64,000 nt of DNA, taken from contig JBKAGP010000001.1 in NCBI GenBank assembly GCA_046290465.1, positions 4,928,001 to 4,992,000 of the forward strand. Reading direction: 5' to 3'. Positions 44,122 to 54,146 of the stretch are shown here, piece after piece. The notes beneath the pieces are model-generated. The model did not search any database. It was not told the origin of the DNA and was given only the letters and a program-made list of their open reading frames with translations. The stretch's first letter is position 1. Each line of letters starts with the position of its first letter. The translations under genes and the position numbers were made by a program. The DNA is from Planctomycetota bacterium. GTDB taxonomy: Bacteria; Planctomycetota; UBA1135; UBA2386.

Positions 44122-44661
44122 CTACTGCGGCCAGTTCAGGCCGTCCGGGAGCTCCGGCCGTTCGACCTGCCACAGGCCGTCGGCGACCAGCACCAGGCTG
44201 CCGTGTTCGTTCTTGGTCATCTTGCCGCGCACCTTCATCAGGTCGAGCAGCCGCGTGTCGGGCAGGCCGGCGGTCTCGACTGGCGTGCCGTCGGGGCCGC
44301 GGAACTCGACCAGCAGTTCGTGCTCACGATGCGCCTCGGCCGTGTCGCAGCAGTAGTCCCACGGCGTCTTGCAGCCCTCGGCGTGCACCTCGCCGCAGTA
44401 CTTCAGCTCCGTGTCCATCAGCTTGACGATGGCGAAGCCCTTGGTGATGTCCTGGATGCGTCCCTGCACGACCAGCGTCGCGTCGCCGGGGCCCTTGTCC
44501 TTGGCTTCGAGCACGGTGATCGCAGCGCCGGGGTCGGCCGCCAGCGCGAACGCGGCGCCTGCGTCGGCTGTGGGGGTCGGTTGCGGCTCGGTCGGCGCGT
44601 CGCCACCGCACGCGGCCAGCAGGGACAGGACGGAAAGGAACAGGAATCGCTTCGGGATCAT
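44122..44661 (-). CDS. Lipoprotein with C-x8-CxTPWDYCC motif, last gene of exporter operon
   Basis: Lipobox LAAC, YCGEVHAEGCKTPWDYCCD, beta-rich OB-like pattern. Confidence 0.85.
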   Translation of the reverse strand: MIPKRFLFLSVLSLLAACGGDAPTEPQPTPTADAGAAFALAADPGAAITVLEAKDKGPGDATLVVQGRIQDITKGFAIVKLMDTELKYCGEVHAEGCKTPWDYCCDTAEAHREHELLVEFRGPDGTPVETAGLPDTRLLDLMKVRGKMTKNEHGSLVLVADGLWQVERPELPDGLNWPQ

Positions 44662-45809
44662 GTGCGGCCTCCGATGGCCTCTACCAGGGGGATGCGAACG
44701 GCCCGGACGGCTGGCACGATGCCGCCGAGCAGGCCGGATGCCAAGGCCGCGCCCAATCCGGCGGCGCGGCTGTAGATGTCTGCCTCGAGCAGCAGCGCTC
44801 CCATCGGGTAGCGCAGCGAGACGGCGCCGATGCCGAGCGCGACCAGCGTGCCGATGGCACCGCCGAGGAACGCGACCAGCAGCGACTCCTGCACCAGGCC
44901 GATCGCGACCCGCGCCGGCGAGTAGCCGAGCGCACGCAGCGTCGCTAGTTCGCGCGTTCGTGCGAGCACGGCGGCGAACATGGTGTTGGCGCACGCGAAC
45001 GCACCGGCGACCACGGCCATGATCGCCATCCAGCGCGCCAGCGCCGCGATCGGAGTCAGGCTGCTGGCGAGCTCGCGCATCAGCACCGGTTCGGGCACGG
45101 CGTCGACCTCGAGGTCGACGCGGCGCGCGGCGAACAGGCGCACGCCCTTCTCGAGTTCGCGGGCGCGGTCGCGGTCGGCCAGCTTGAGCACGACGCACGA
45201 CACGTCCTCGCGTTTGGTCGCGAGCATGATGTCGGCCAGCCGGCCCCAGATCTCGGCCTCGTAGACGGTGCCGGGCGCGGCGAAGTGGCCGACGATGGTG
45301 AACGGCTGGCGCTCGACCGGGAACGTGCGGCCGATCGCGACGTCGTCGGCGGTCAGGCCCATGCGCGCCGCGGCCAGCGCGCCGACCATGATCTCGTTGG
45401 GGCCGCGCGGCTCGCGGCCGGCGACGACGGTGACCTGGTCGTGCACCAGGTAGGCGGCTTCGGTGACGCCGCGCAGCAGCCCGACCTGGTTGCCGTTGCG
45501 GGTAGCGATGTGCAGTTCGACCGACGCGGCGCGGCGGCCGTCGACCTCGAGCACGCCCGGTGCCGAGGCGGCGGCGACCTCGGCGTGGCCACGGCCGACG
45601 ACCGAGCGGACCAGGTCGACCTCGGCGGACGAGCCGAGCAGGTAGACGACGTCGTGCCGTTCGTTGCCGATCGCGGCCTGGTGCATGCCGTCGGCGAACG
45701 CGCTCATCGCGACGACCAGCAGCGTCGTCGCCGCGATGCCGCCGACGGTCACGACGGTGCGCACGCGTCGACGCAGCAGGTTGCGCAGCAGGTATCCGAG
45801 CGGCAGCAT
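44658..45809 (-). CDS. ABC transporter permease (MacB/FtsX family)
   Basis: LRNLLRRRVRT, NTMFAAVLARTRELATLRALG. Confidence 0.93.
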   Translation of the reverse strand: MLPLGYLLRNLLRRRVRTVVTVGGIAATTLLVVAMSAFADGMHQAAIGNERHDVVYLLGSSAEVDLVRSVVGRGHAEVAAASAPGVLEVDGRRAASVELHIATRNGNQVGLLRGVTEAAYLVHDQVTVVAGREPRGPNEIMVGALAAARMGLTADDVAIGRTFPVERQPFTIVGHFAAPGTVYEAEIWGRLADIMLATKREDVSCVVLKLADRDRARELEKGVRLFAARRVDLEVDAVPEPVLMRELASSLTPIAALARWMAIMAVVAGAFACANTMFAAVLARTRELATLRALGYSPARVAIGLVQESLLVAFLGGAIGTLVALGIGAVSLRYPMGALLLEADIYSRAAGLGAALASGLLGGIVPAVRAVRIPLVEAIGGRT

Positions 45810-46951
45810 CAGTCGGCCTTCACGCTGAGGGACAGGGGCCGGCGGGCGACGGCGAATGCCGGCGGGATCGACGCGACGATGCCGACGACCAGGGCGGCCA
45901 GCAGCGACTGCGCCACCATGCGCCCGCTCGGAGCGAGGTCGATGCCGTGGCCTTCGACGCCGAGCGTGATCGGCCAGATGGTCAGCAGCAGCCAGACGAT
46001 GCCGGTGCCGAGCACGCCGCCGACCAGGCCGAGGCCGATGCCTTCGCCGGCGATCAGCGCCATCAGCATGCGCTTCTGCATGCCGACGGTCTCGAGTACG
46101 CCCATCTCGCCGATGCGCGACTCCGCGCTGATGAACACCGTGTTGGCGACGACCAGCGCGACGACCAGCACGCCGAGGTAGCCGAGCCAGCGCGCGAAGT
46201 CGACGACCTCGGTGATCTCGGCGATCGCCGCGGCGACGAACGCCTGCATGCCCTTGGTGTCGGTGCGGGCCTCGTCGGTGCGGAAGTGCTCGTCGATCCG
46301 GGCAGCGATCTCCTCCGGGTCGGCGTCGGGGGCGACCTTGACCAGGAACTGCGTCGCCGCGCCCTGGCGCTTGCGGGCCAGGCTCAGCTGGTCCAACGGG
46401 ATGAACGCGAGGTTGCCGACCGCGGCGGTATCGCTGCGCACGATGCCGCTGACGTACACGTCGACCTCGCCGAGCTGCACGCGTTCGCCGACCCGGATCT
46501 GGCGGCGCTCGGCCAGCCGTTCGCCGACCAGGGCGCCGTCGCTGCGACCCTTCCAGTCGGCGATGCTGCCTGCGATCTCCTCGAGGTCGTAGAGCGCTTC
46601 GAGCTGGTCGTGGGGCACGCCGTGCAGCGTCACCAGGTCGAGGTTCGACCGGCACGAGTTGATGAACACCAACGTCGTCAGCACGTCCTGCACGCCGTCG
46701 ATCTTGCGGATGTCGCGCTCGTAGCGGACCGGCAGCTCGCTGGTCAACGGGCAGAAGCGGCTGTCCTGGAACACCACCAGCACCGGCCGCGAAGTGCGCT
46801 CGGCGAGGTCCTGCACGCCGCCGTCGACGGTGCGCACGAACGCGAACAGCATCATCGCCAAGGTGCCGCCGAGCACGGTCAGCAGGCTGCGCATGCGCGC
46901 GCGGAACGCGGTGCGCACCACGTAGGGGAAGAACGCGAGCAGTTCACGCAT
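45809..46951 (-). CDS. ABC transporter permease (MacB/FtsX family)
   Basis: [30 protein letters not shown]. Periplasmic RFCP…NSC Cys pair. Confidence 0.93.
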   Translation of the reverse strand: MRELLAFFPYVVRTAFRARMRSLLTVLGGTLAMMLFAFVRTVDGGVQDLAERTSRPVLVVFQDSRFCPLTSELPVRYERDIRKIDGVQDVLTTLVFINSCRSNLDLVTLHGVPHDQLEALYDLEEIAGSIADWKGRSDGALVGERLAERRQIRVGERVQLGEVDVYVSGIVRSDTAAVGNLAFIPLDQLSLARKRQGAATQFLVKVAPDADPEEIAARIDEHFRTDEARTDTKGMQAFVAAAIAEITEVVDFARWLGYLGVLVVALVVANTVFISAESRIGEMGVLETVGMQKRMLMALIAGEGIGLGLVGGVLGTGIVWLLLTIWPITLGVEGHGIDLAPSGRMVAQSLLAALVVGIVASIPPAFAVARRPLSLSVKAD

Positions 46952-47630
46952 GGGCGGCCTCCGTGACGATCTTGCCCTTGTCGAGGTGCACGATGCGGTC
47001 GGCCTTCCTGGCCGCCAGCGGGTCGTGCGTCACCATCACCAGCGTCTTGCCGAACTCGTCGACCAGCCGCCGCAGCAGCGTCATCGTCGCGGTCGCGGAC
47101 TCGCGATCGAGGTTGCCGGTCGGCTCGTCGGCGAACATCACCACCGGGTCGGTCACGATGGCGCGCGCGATCGCGACGCGCTGCTGCTGGCCGCCCGACA
47201 TCTGACGCGGCAGGTGGTGGGCGCGCTCGGTCAGGCCGACCGCGGCGAGCGCGGTCGCGATGCGCTTGCTGCGCTCGGCCTTGCTCATCTTGAGCAGCAG
47301 CAGCGGCACTTCGACGTTCTCGAACGCGGTCAGCACCGGGATCAGGTTGTACTGCTGGAACACGTAGCCGACGGCGCGCGTGCGCCAGCGCGCGAGCTGG
47401 CTCGGCGCCATCTCGTGCACCCGTTCACCGTCGACGACGACGGTGCCGTCGGTCGGTCGATCGATGCCGGCCAGCATGTGCAGCAGCGTGGTCTTGCCGC
47501 TGCCGGACGGTCCCATCAGGCAGACGAACTCGCCCCGCTCGACGTCGAAGTCGAGGTCGGCGACCGGGGTGACCGACTCGGCGCCGGACGAGAACGTCTT
47601 GGTGACGTTGCGCAGTTCGATCAGGCTCAT
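46944..47630 (-). CDS. ABC transporter ATP-binding protein (MacB/LolD-like)
   Basis: [31 protein letters not shown]. Confidence 0.96.
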   Translation of the reverse strand: MSLIELRNVTKTFSSGAESVTPVADLDFDVERGEFVCLMGPSGSGKTTLLHMLAGIDRPTDGTVVVDGERVHEMAPSQLARWRTRAVGYVFQQYNLIPVLTAFENVEVPLLLLKMSKAERSKRIATALAAVGLTERAHHLPRQMSGGQQQRVAIARAIVTDPVVMFADEPTGNLDRESATATMTLLRRLVDEFGKTLVMVTHDPLAARKADRIVHLDKGKIVTEAAHA

Positions 47631-49111
47631 CGTCGGGCCTCCTGGACGGCCTCGCCGTCGGTCACGTCGTCGAGCACGACGCGTTGGGTGGGGGACAGCG
47701 GGCCGCGCACGATCGCGTCGTCGCCGCGTTCGCCGGCGGCCTGCACGGCGACCGCGCGCACGCGCTTCGTCGCGGGGTCGTAGACGAACACCTGGCCGCC
47801 GCGGACCGCCGCCTTCGGCACGCGGAATGCCGCGATCGTGCGACCGGCGGCCTGCTCGGTGCCGCCCTCGGGCGCCAAGAAGCGGGCCCGGCAGAGGGTC
47901 TCGGGGCGCAGCAGCGCCGGCGGGTCCTCGAGGCCGATCTTGACCTGCAGCGTGTTCTTCAACATGTCGGTCTCGTGTTGCAGCCGCTGCACGACGCCGT
48001 GCACGACCGTGTCGCCGGTCGCCTCCGAGGTGACCTCGACACGTTGGCCCGCGTGGATGCCGGCGAGCGAGTCGAGCGGCACGTCGATGCGGGCACGCAG
48101 CTTCTTCGGGTCGTAGATCGCGACGACGCCGGTTGCGCCGTGGCCGACCATGTCGCCCGGCTCGGCCTCGAGGCGCATGACGATGCCCCCGACCGGAGAA
48201 CGCACCGTGGCCCAGTCGAGTTCGCGCTCGGCGATCGTGTGCTCGGTGCGCGCCTTGGCGAGCATCGCCTCGGCCTTCTGCACGTCGGCCGTGGCCTGCG
48301 CGACGCCACCGCGAAGGTCGACCGGGTCGGCGGCGAGCTGCTTGCACAGCTCGAGCGCGTCGCGCTGCGTAGAGAGCTCGGTGCGCAGGCCGTCGAGCTG
48401 GCGTTGCTTGGACTGCACCCGCGCGGTGGCGGCGTCGGCGTCGGCGCGCGCGCGCTCGAGGGCGACCGGGTAGCTCTGGCCGGCCTCGGCCAGCCGGAGC
48501 TGTGCCTTGACCGTGGCGGCGGCGCTGGCCGCTTCGGCGCTGGCCTGCCGCAGCTCCTCCTCGACGGTCGCTTCGCGAGTGGCGACGGCGGCGATGCGGT
48601 TGTGGGCCTCGACGACGCGCAGCTCGTTGTCGGCGTTCTGTCGCAAGCGTTCCTGTGCGAGCCGCAGGTCGGCGTTGGCGCGGGCCAGCCCGGCCTCGGC
48701 CTCGCGCACCGTCGCGACGGCGCGGTCGCGGGCGGCCTGCAGGTCGGCGCTCGCCAGCTGCGCGATGACGGTCTCGTCGGCGATGATCTCGGCTCCCTCG
48801 AGCACCGCGAGCGTCTCGATGTGGCCGCTGACGAGCGGCCGCACGATGTACGGGAACGGATCGGCCTCGACCCAGCCGACGGCTTCGGTCGTCGCCCGCG
48901 AGGACGCGACCTGCACCCCGTCGGTGACCGCGGTGATGCCGGCCATGCGCACGGCGCGCGGCGGCAGCAGCAGCGGCACGACGAACGTCGCGGCGACGGC
49001 GAGCGCCAGCACGAGGACGCCGCCGACGAACAGCCGCGGGCCGAGCGGTCGCTTCGGCACGGCGGCCTGCGACTCGTCGATGCGCAGGGCAGACAGGTCG
49101 ACGTTGCTCAT
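47627..49111 (-). CDS. Periplasmic adaptor (membrane fusion protein) with long coiled coil
   Basis: N-terminal TM, GWVEADP, lipoyl half-motifs, TVRSPVGG, DMLKNTLQVKI. Confidence 0.9.
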   Translation of the reverse strand: MSNVDLSALRIDESQAAVPKRPLGPRLFVGGVLVLALAVAATFVVPLLLPPRAVRMAGITAVTDGVQVASSRATTEAVGWVEADPFPYIVRPLVSGHIETLAVLEGAEIIADETVIAQLASADLQAARDRAVATVREAEAGLARANADLRLAQERLRQNADNELRVVEAHNRIAAVATREATVEEELRQASAEAASAAATVKAQLRLAEAGQSYPVALERARADADAATARVQSKQRQLDGLRTELSTQRDALELCKQLAADPVDLRGGVAQATADVQKAEAMLAKARTEHTIAERELDWATVRSPVGGIVMRLEAEPGDMVGHGATGVVAIYDPKKLRARIDVPLDSLAGIHAGQRVEVTSEATGDTVVHGVVQRLQHETDMLKNTLQVKIGLEDPPALLRPETLCRARFLAPEGGTEQAAGRTIAAFRVPKAAVRGGQVFVYDPATKRVRAVAVQAAGERGDDAIVRGPLSPTQRVVLDDVTDGEAVQEARR

Positions 49112-50316
49112 CGGGCTTGCTCCTCGGTCTCGGGCACGCGCGGCCAGCCGTGTGCGGTGGCGAAGCGCACCGTTGCGACGGCGTGGGCGGACGAAGCGCG
49201 GCGGTGCTCGGCGATCGCCTGCAGGTATTCGGACGCGGCCCGCGCGAACGGCTGGAACGCATCTGGCTCGACCTCGAGCGCGGCGCGCGCCGCGTCGAAC
49301 GCGGTCTGCCTGGCGGTCAGCGCGCTGCGCGCGGCGTCCCGGTTGGCGGCGGCCGTCTGCAGCTCGTCGCGCGCGACGCTCGCCTCGCGGCGCGCCTCGA
49401 GCAGCGCGTCCTCGACGTCGTGGCGGGCGGCTTCGCGGCGGTCGCGCGCAGCGGCCGCCAGGCCGTGCATCGCGAACGGGATGTTGAGCATGCCCATGGC
49501 GCGCAGCGGGTCGCCGCGCAGCGAGACGTTGGGGCCGATCTGGAACGACGGATACTGGTCGGTGACCGCCTTGCGGAAGTCGCGATCGGCGACCTCGAAG
49601 CGGGCCACGGCGAGCGCCAGGTCGGGGCGTGCCAGCAGCTCGCGATCGTCGCCGCGGACCTCCACGCTGGGCTCGTCGGTCTGCACGTCGAGTGCCGCGG
49701 TGGCGGGCAGGCCGAGCAGGTGCCGCAGTCGCGCGAGCTGGTCGCGGCCAAGGCGCGCCAGCTCCAGCCGTTCGCTGCGGGCGCGGGCCGTGGCGGCGCG
49801 CAGCATGGCGGCCGCGACCGGACTCGCCAGGCCGCTGCGCTCGAACGCGGCGACGTCGAGGTCCAGCTCGGGTGTCGGCAGCGTGGTCGCGACGTGGTGC
49901 AGGGCGAACGCCTCGGCGAGCTCGCCGAGCGCGCGCCACCGGGCGACGGCGAGCTGCGTGGCGGCTTCGACGGCGCGCGCTTCGGCGGCTTCGATCGCGG
50001 CGCCGCGCGGGCCGAACCCGAGCAGCGCGATCGGGTCGAGCATCACGCCGACGGCCTCGTTGCGGCCGCGCCATTCCCCCGTCGCGGGCAGCGGCACGGT
50101 GCGCGCGGCGCCGGCCGCGCGAGCGCGCGCCTCGGCCGCGCGCAGCTCGGGGTGCTGGCGCAGGGTCCGCAGCACGGCGGCGTCGAACGTGAAGCTGCCG
50201 CCTTCGCGCGCCGCGACCTCGGCGGCGATGGTGGCGACGTCGGCGGCGTCGCTCTGGTAGGCGACGCAGCCGAGTGGCAGCAGGAAAACCAGGATGGAGA
50301 ACGGGCGTGCCGACAT
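49108..50316 (-). CDS. TolC-family outer membrane efflux lipoprotein
   Basis: LPLGC lipobox, HPELRAA, RPDLALA, QYPSFQIGP. Confidence 0.85.
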   Translation of the reverse strand: MSARPFSILVFLLPLGCVAYQSDAADVATIAAEVAAREGGSFTFDAAVLRTLRQHPELRAAEARARAAGAARTVPLPATGEWRGRNEAVGVMLDPIALLGFGPRGAAIEAAEARAVEAATQLAVARWRALGELAEAFALHHVATTLPTPELDLDVAAFERSGLASPVAAAMLRAATARARSERLELARLGRDQLARLRHLLGLPATAALDVQTDEPSVEVRGDDRELLARPDLALAVARFEVADRDFRKAVTDQYPSFQIGPNVSLRGDPLRAMGMLNIPFAMHGLAAAARDRREAARHDVEDALLEARREASVARDELQTAAANRDAARSALTARQTAFDAARAALEVEPDAFQPFARAASEYLQAIAEHRRASSAHAVATVRFATAHGWPRVPETEEQAR

Positions 50317-50341
50317 GGCGGTGCGGGATCGGGCGAACGGA

Positions 50342-50395
50342 GCGGTCCGTCGACGGTCCGGCACGCGAGCGCGTCCGGTCGTCGACTCGGATCGC
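50342..50395 (-). promoter_or_regulatory. Stem-loop between the leader ORF and tolC (candidate attenuator)
   Basis: Nested pairing gtcgacg/cgtcgac, ccgg/ccgg and acgcg/cgcgt, extended by gcggtccg/cggatcgc. Confidence 0.55.
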
Positions 50396-50401
50396 GGCTC
50401 G

Positions 50402-50932
50402 CTAGATCAGCAGCACCTGGGTGGCGCGCAGCGCCGTCGTGCGGTCGATCCGTGGGGGGCCACGATCGAAGCAGAACGGACGTGCCGCCTCGATCACGCG
50501 CACGACCGGCTGCGGCAGCGGGGCGATCCAGCAGATCACGGCCGGCATCGGCGACAGCTTGGCGACGTCGACGTTGGGCGCCATCTCGACGTCGAACGCG
50601 ATCGTCACGCAGCAGCCACCGTCACAGTCCGAGCCAGCATCGCCGTCGGAGCCAGCATCGCCGTCCGAGCCAGCATCGCCGTCATCGTCGCGGCCGTCAT
50701 CGTCACCGGCAGCGATGCCGCCATCGTGCGTGCCCGACGGCTCGCAGCAGCCGCAGCAGTCGTCGTCGGCGGGCTGCGCTTCGGACGCGCAGCAGGCGTG
50801 CGCCGTCACCTCGCTGCACGCCCCGATGCACGTGCGCACCGTGACCCTGCTCGTCAGCGCGACGAGCATCAGCGCGATCATCGTGACCCACAGGATGGGT
50901 CGAGCGGCGCTGGTTGTGGTCGGGTTGGCCAT
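50402..50932 (-). CDS. Secreted Cys/Asp-rich leader protein with C-terminal RGPP motif (DUF2946/HYC_CC_PP-like architecture)
   Basis: Hydrophobic N-terminus, CxxxC, CC, CCGCC, acidic linker, CxxxCC, then …FDRGPPRIDRTTALRATQVLLI. Confidence 0.75.
   Translation of the reverse strand: MANPTTTSAARPILWVTMIALMLVALTSRVTVRTCIGACSEVTAHACCASEAQPADDDCCGCCEPSGTHDGGIAAGDDDGRDDDGDAGSDGDAGSDGDAGSDCDGGCCVTIAFDVEMAPNVDVAKLSPMPAVICWIAPLPQPVVRVIEAARPFCFDRGPPRIDRTTALRATQVLLI
50627..50680 (-). repeat. 18-bp coding tandem repeat x3 (GDAGSD)
   Basis: gtc(c/g)gagccagcatcgcc x3. Confidence 0.9.
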
Positions 50933-50948
50933 GCGGTTGCGGTCGCGC

Positions 50949-50977
50949 AGGGTGACTGGATCTCCATCGGCTGTCAA
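50949..50977 (-). promoter_or_regulatory. Candidate sigma70 promoter TTGACA-N17-CACCCT for the leader/exporter operon
   Basis: Perfect -35 with a 17-bp spacer, 16 nt upstream of the leader ATG. The -10 is weak. Confidence 0.55.
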
Positions 50978-51000
50978 GCCCGGGGAATCCACCCGGTAGC

Positions 51001-51285
51001 TCATACCTTCTGTTTGCGGGCCCACTGGGCGTGCCGCTGCAGCTCGGGCGAGGCCCGCAGCGCCGCCAGCGACGCGAACCTGCGGGCCAGCGTCATCTCG
51101 TCGTAGAAGCGGTGCACCGCCCGGTGGCAGAGGCGGCACAGGTGCACCCCCTGCTGCAGGTGATCGCGATCGTAGGTGCGGCGGAAGAACGTGCGCCGGT
51201 GCACCTTCTTGGGGATCAGGTGGTGGAACGTCAACTCCCGCTCCGCGGAGCACAGTTCGCAGCGATCGGGGGCGTGGCGGGGCAT
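51001..51285 (-). CDS. Small HNH-like Zn-finger protein (YisB-like)
   Basis: CELC…TFHHLIP…LCRLCHRAVH. Confidence 0.85.
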   Translation of the reverse strand: MPRHAPDRCELCSAERELTFHHLIPKKVHRRTFFRRTYDRDHLQQGVHLCRLCHRAVHRFYDEMTLARRFASLAALRASPELQRHAQWARKQKV

Positions 51286-51386
51286 TTTGGGAGCCTCCTA
51301 GGGTACCCGGGGCCATGTCACCAAGCTGTCATCCCGCCGACCGGGTCCTGCCGACGCGGCCGCCGGCGGCGTAGCATCGCCGCCTC

Positions 51387-54056
51387 ATGCCCTCCATCCG
51401 TGCCGTCGTCACGTCCCTCTGTGCCGCGCTGCTGCCGCTGCCGGCCGCACTCGCCCAGGTGCCCGATCCGGTCGACTTCTTCGGCCACGAGGTCGGCGCC
51501 GACTACAAGCTGATCAACTACACCGACATGGTGGCCTACTTCCGCAAGGTCGAGGCTGCCAGCGACCGCATCAAGCTGGTCGACATCGGGCCGACCAGCT
51601 ACGGCCAGCGGATGTGGATGTCGGTGATCACGTCGCCGCAGAACCACGCGCGCCTCGATCGCCTGCGCGAGATCAGCCACACGATGGCGCACCCCGAAGG
51701 CGTGTCCCGCGAGCAGGCCGAAGCGCTGGCCCGGGAAGGCTGCGCGGTGATCTGGATCGACGGCGGCCTGCACGCGACCGAGACGATCGCCGGGCAGAAC
51801 ATCATCGAACTGGTCTGGCGCATGACCTCGCGCGACGACGCCGAGGTGCGCCGCATCCTCGACAACGTGGTGCTGCTGGTGACGCCGGTCAATCCCGACG
51901 GCTACGAGCTGGTGGCCAACGCCTACCGCGCGACGCGCAGCACGCAGACGCCGGTGCTCTACCAGCGCTACGTCGGCCACGACAACAACCGCGACTTCTA
52001 CGCGTTGAATCAGCTCGAGGCGCGCAACATCAGCCGCGTCTTCTATCGCGGCTGGTGTCCGCAGGTGATGTACAACCACCACCAGACCGCGCCGCGCAAC
52101 ACGATCATCTACACGCCGCCGTTCCGCGATCCGTTCAACTACCAGATCGATCCGCTGGTGGTGCGCGGCATCGAGATCGTCAGCGCGCACATGAACCACC
52201 GGTTCGCGCTCGAGGACAAGCCGGGCGTGATCTCGCGCAGCGGCGCTTCGTACTCGGCGTGGTGGAACGGCGGGCTGCGCTCGACGACCTACTTCCACAA
52301 CATGATCGGGATCCTGACCGAGTCGTTCGGTCGGCCCGAGCCGACCCGGATCACGCAGACGCTGTCGCGGCGGCTGCCGTACCACGACTACCCGCAGCCG
52401 GTCGGCTCGCAGCTGTGGCACGCGCGCCAGACGGTCGAGTACCTGCAGACCGCCAACTTCGCGATGCTCGACTACGGCGCGCGCTTCGGCGACGACCTGC
52501 TGCTCGGCATGTACACGATGGCGTCGCGCGCAATCGCCAAGGGGCGGCGCGATCACTGGACCGTCACGCCCAGGCTGGTCGAGGAGGCGAAGCGGCGCGA
52601 CGACGACACGGTGTTCTCGGACCGCAGCTGGCGCGACCCACGCGCCTACGTGCTGCCGGCGGACCAGCCGGACTGGTCGGCGGCGACGCGGCTGGCGCGA
52701 ACGCTGTGGCGCGGCGGGATCGACCTGCACGTCGCCGAGGAGGCGTTCCCGCTCAACGGCAAGGTGATGCCGAGCGGCTCGCTGGTGATCCGCTGCGACC
52801 AGCCGTACCGGGCGCACCTGCTCGACATGATGGAGCCGCAGTGGCACCCCGACGACATGCGCAACGGCAAGCCGATCCCGCCGTACGACGCCGCGGGCTG
52901 GACCCTGTCGATGCAGATGGACGTGCGCGTCGAGCGCACCTACGAAGCGCTGGACGGACCGTTCGAGCCGCTGGCCGAGCTGCCCGCGTTCGCGCGGCGG
53001 GACCTGCCGGTGGCGGGCAGCCACTGGCGGCTCGACGCGCGCGACCTGCACACGATCGTCGCCGTCAACCGGCTGCTGGCCAAGGGCTGCGACGTGCGCA
53101 TCGGCGAGGATGGCCATTACCGCGTGACGGTCACTCCGACGGCGAGCGCGGTGCTCGGCAAGGCGGCGCGCGAGCTCGGCGTGCGCGCCGTGGCCAGCAA
53201 CGGCGAACTCGACGGCAGCCGGGTGCGGCCGGTGCGCGTCGGCCTGTTCGACGTGTTCGGTGGGCACATGGCGACCGGTTGGGATCGCTGGCTGCTGGAG
53301 CAGATGGAGTTCCCGGTGGCGACGGTCTGGGGCGAGCGCATCCAGCGGGGCAACCTGCGCCAGGACTACGACGTGCTGGTGTTCCACACCGGCCTGCCCG
53401 GGCCGCGCGACCTCGATCGCGCGCGTCGTCGCCGCAACCCGCCGGACCTCGACAAGCTGCGCGCCGCGCTGCCGCCGTTCGAGGACTGGAGCGACCTCGA
53501 GCAGCGCGTCGTGCAGCTGACCGGGGACAAGGCGCTGCCGGCGATCCGCGAGTTCGTGCGGCAGGGCGGCACGCTGCTGGCGCTGGGCCGTGAGGTCGAG
53601 AAGGTGGTGCGCCACTTCGACCTGCCGGTCGAGGTCGGCACCCACGTCGGCGATCCGGACGCCGAGGGCGGCCGTCGTCGCACGACCCGTGAGGAATACT
53701 ACGTGCCGGGATCGCTGCTGGGCATCGACGTCGACACGTCGCACCCGCTGGCGCGCGGCGCGAGCGCGGAGATGGCGGCGATGCTCTACCGCACCGCGAC
53801 GATCCTCGATGTTCCCGATCCGAAGCCGACGATCGACGTGGTCGCGTCCTACCGCGCGCAGGACCCGTTGCTCAGCGGTTGGGCGATCGGCACCGAGCAC
53901 CTGCTCGGCAAGGCGGGGGTCCTCGAAGCCCGGGTGGGTGCGGGGCGGATCGTGCTCTACGGCATCGACGCGACCTATCGGGGGCAGCCGCTCGGCACGG
54001 CCAAGATGTTCTTCCAGGGCATCTTGACCGCCCAGGAACAGGCCGCGCGCCGCTGA
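51387..54056 (+). CDS. Secreted M14 zinc carboxypeptidase with C-terminal GATase-like domain
   Basis: Signal peptide, GLHATE (HxxE), NPDG, DNNRD, YNHHQ. Confidence 0.9.
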   Translation: MPSIRAVVTSLCAALLPLPAALAQVPDPVDFFGHEVGADYKLINYTDMVAYFRKVEAASDRIKLVDIGPTSYGQRMWMSVITSPQNHARLDRLREISHTMAHPEGVSREQAEALAREGCAVIWIDGGLHATETIAGQNIIELVWRMTSRDDAEVRRILDNVVLLVTPVNPDGYELVANAYRATRSTQTPVLYQRYVGHDNNRDFYALNQLEARNISRVFYRGWCPQVMYNHHQTAPRNTIIYTPPFRDPFNYQIDPLVVRGIEIVSAHMNHRFALEDKPGVISRSGASYSAWWNGGLRSTTYFHNMIGILTESFGRPEPTRITQTLSRRLPYHDYPQPVGSQLWHARQTVEYLQTANFAMLDYGARFGDDLLLGMYTMASRAIAKGRRDHWTVTPRLVEEAKRRDDDTVFSDRSWRDPRAYVLPADQPDWSAATRLARTLWRGGIDLHVAEEAFPLNGKVMPSGSLVIRCDQPYRAHLLDMMEPQWHPDDMRNGKPIPPYDAAGWTLSMQMDVRVERTYEALDGPFEPLAELPAFARRDLPVAGSHWRLDARDLHTIVAVNRLLAKGCDVRIGEDGHYRVTVTPTASAVLGKAARELGVRAVASNGELDGSRVRPVRVGLFDVFGGHMATGWDRWLLEQMEFPVATVWGERIQRGNLRQDYDVLVFHTGLPGPRDLDRARRRRNPPDLDKLRAALPPFEDWSDLEQRVVQLTGDKALPAIREFVRQGGTLLALGREVEKVVRHFDLPVEVGTHVGDPDAEGGRRRTTREEYYVPGSLLGIDVDTSHPLARGASAEMAAMLYRTATILDVPDPKPTIDVVASYRAQDPLLSGWAIGTEHLLGKAGVLEARVGAGRIVLYGIDATYRGQPLGTAKMFFQGILTAQEQAARR

Positions 54057-54146
54057 GTGCGGCGGCGAGAGAATCGCGGAGCATCGGACGCGGCGCCTCG
54101 TCGGTGCGCGCCTCGCCTGAACCCCACAGATCTCTCCACCCGCCAC

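Noticed and set aside
50949..50995. MerR-type metal-responsive promoter for the exporter operon
   Set aside because: Spacer is 17 bp rather than 19-20 bp, only a loose dyad surrounds the -35, and no MerR gene is nearby.
42909..51285. Complete restriction-modification system (MTase + HNH)
   Set aside because: The genes are about 7 kb apart, and the HNH protein is a small YisB-like type, too short for a typical REase.
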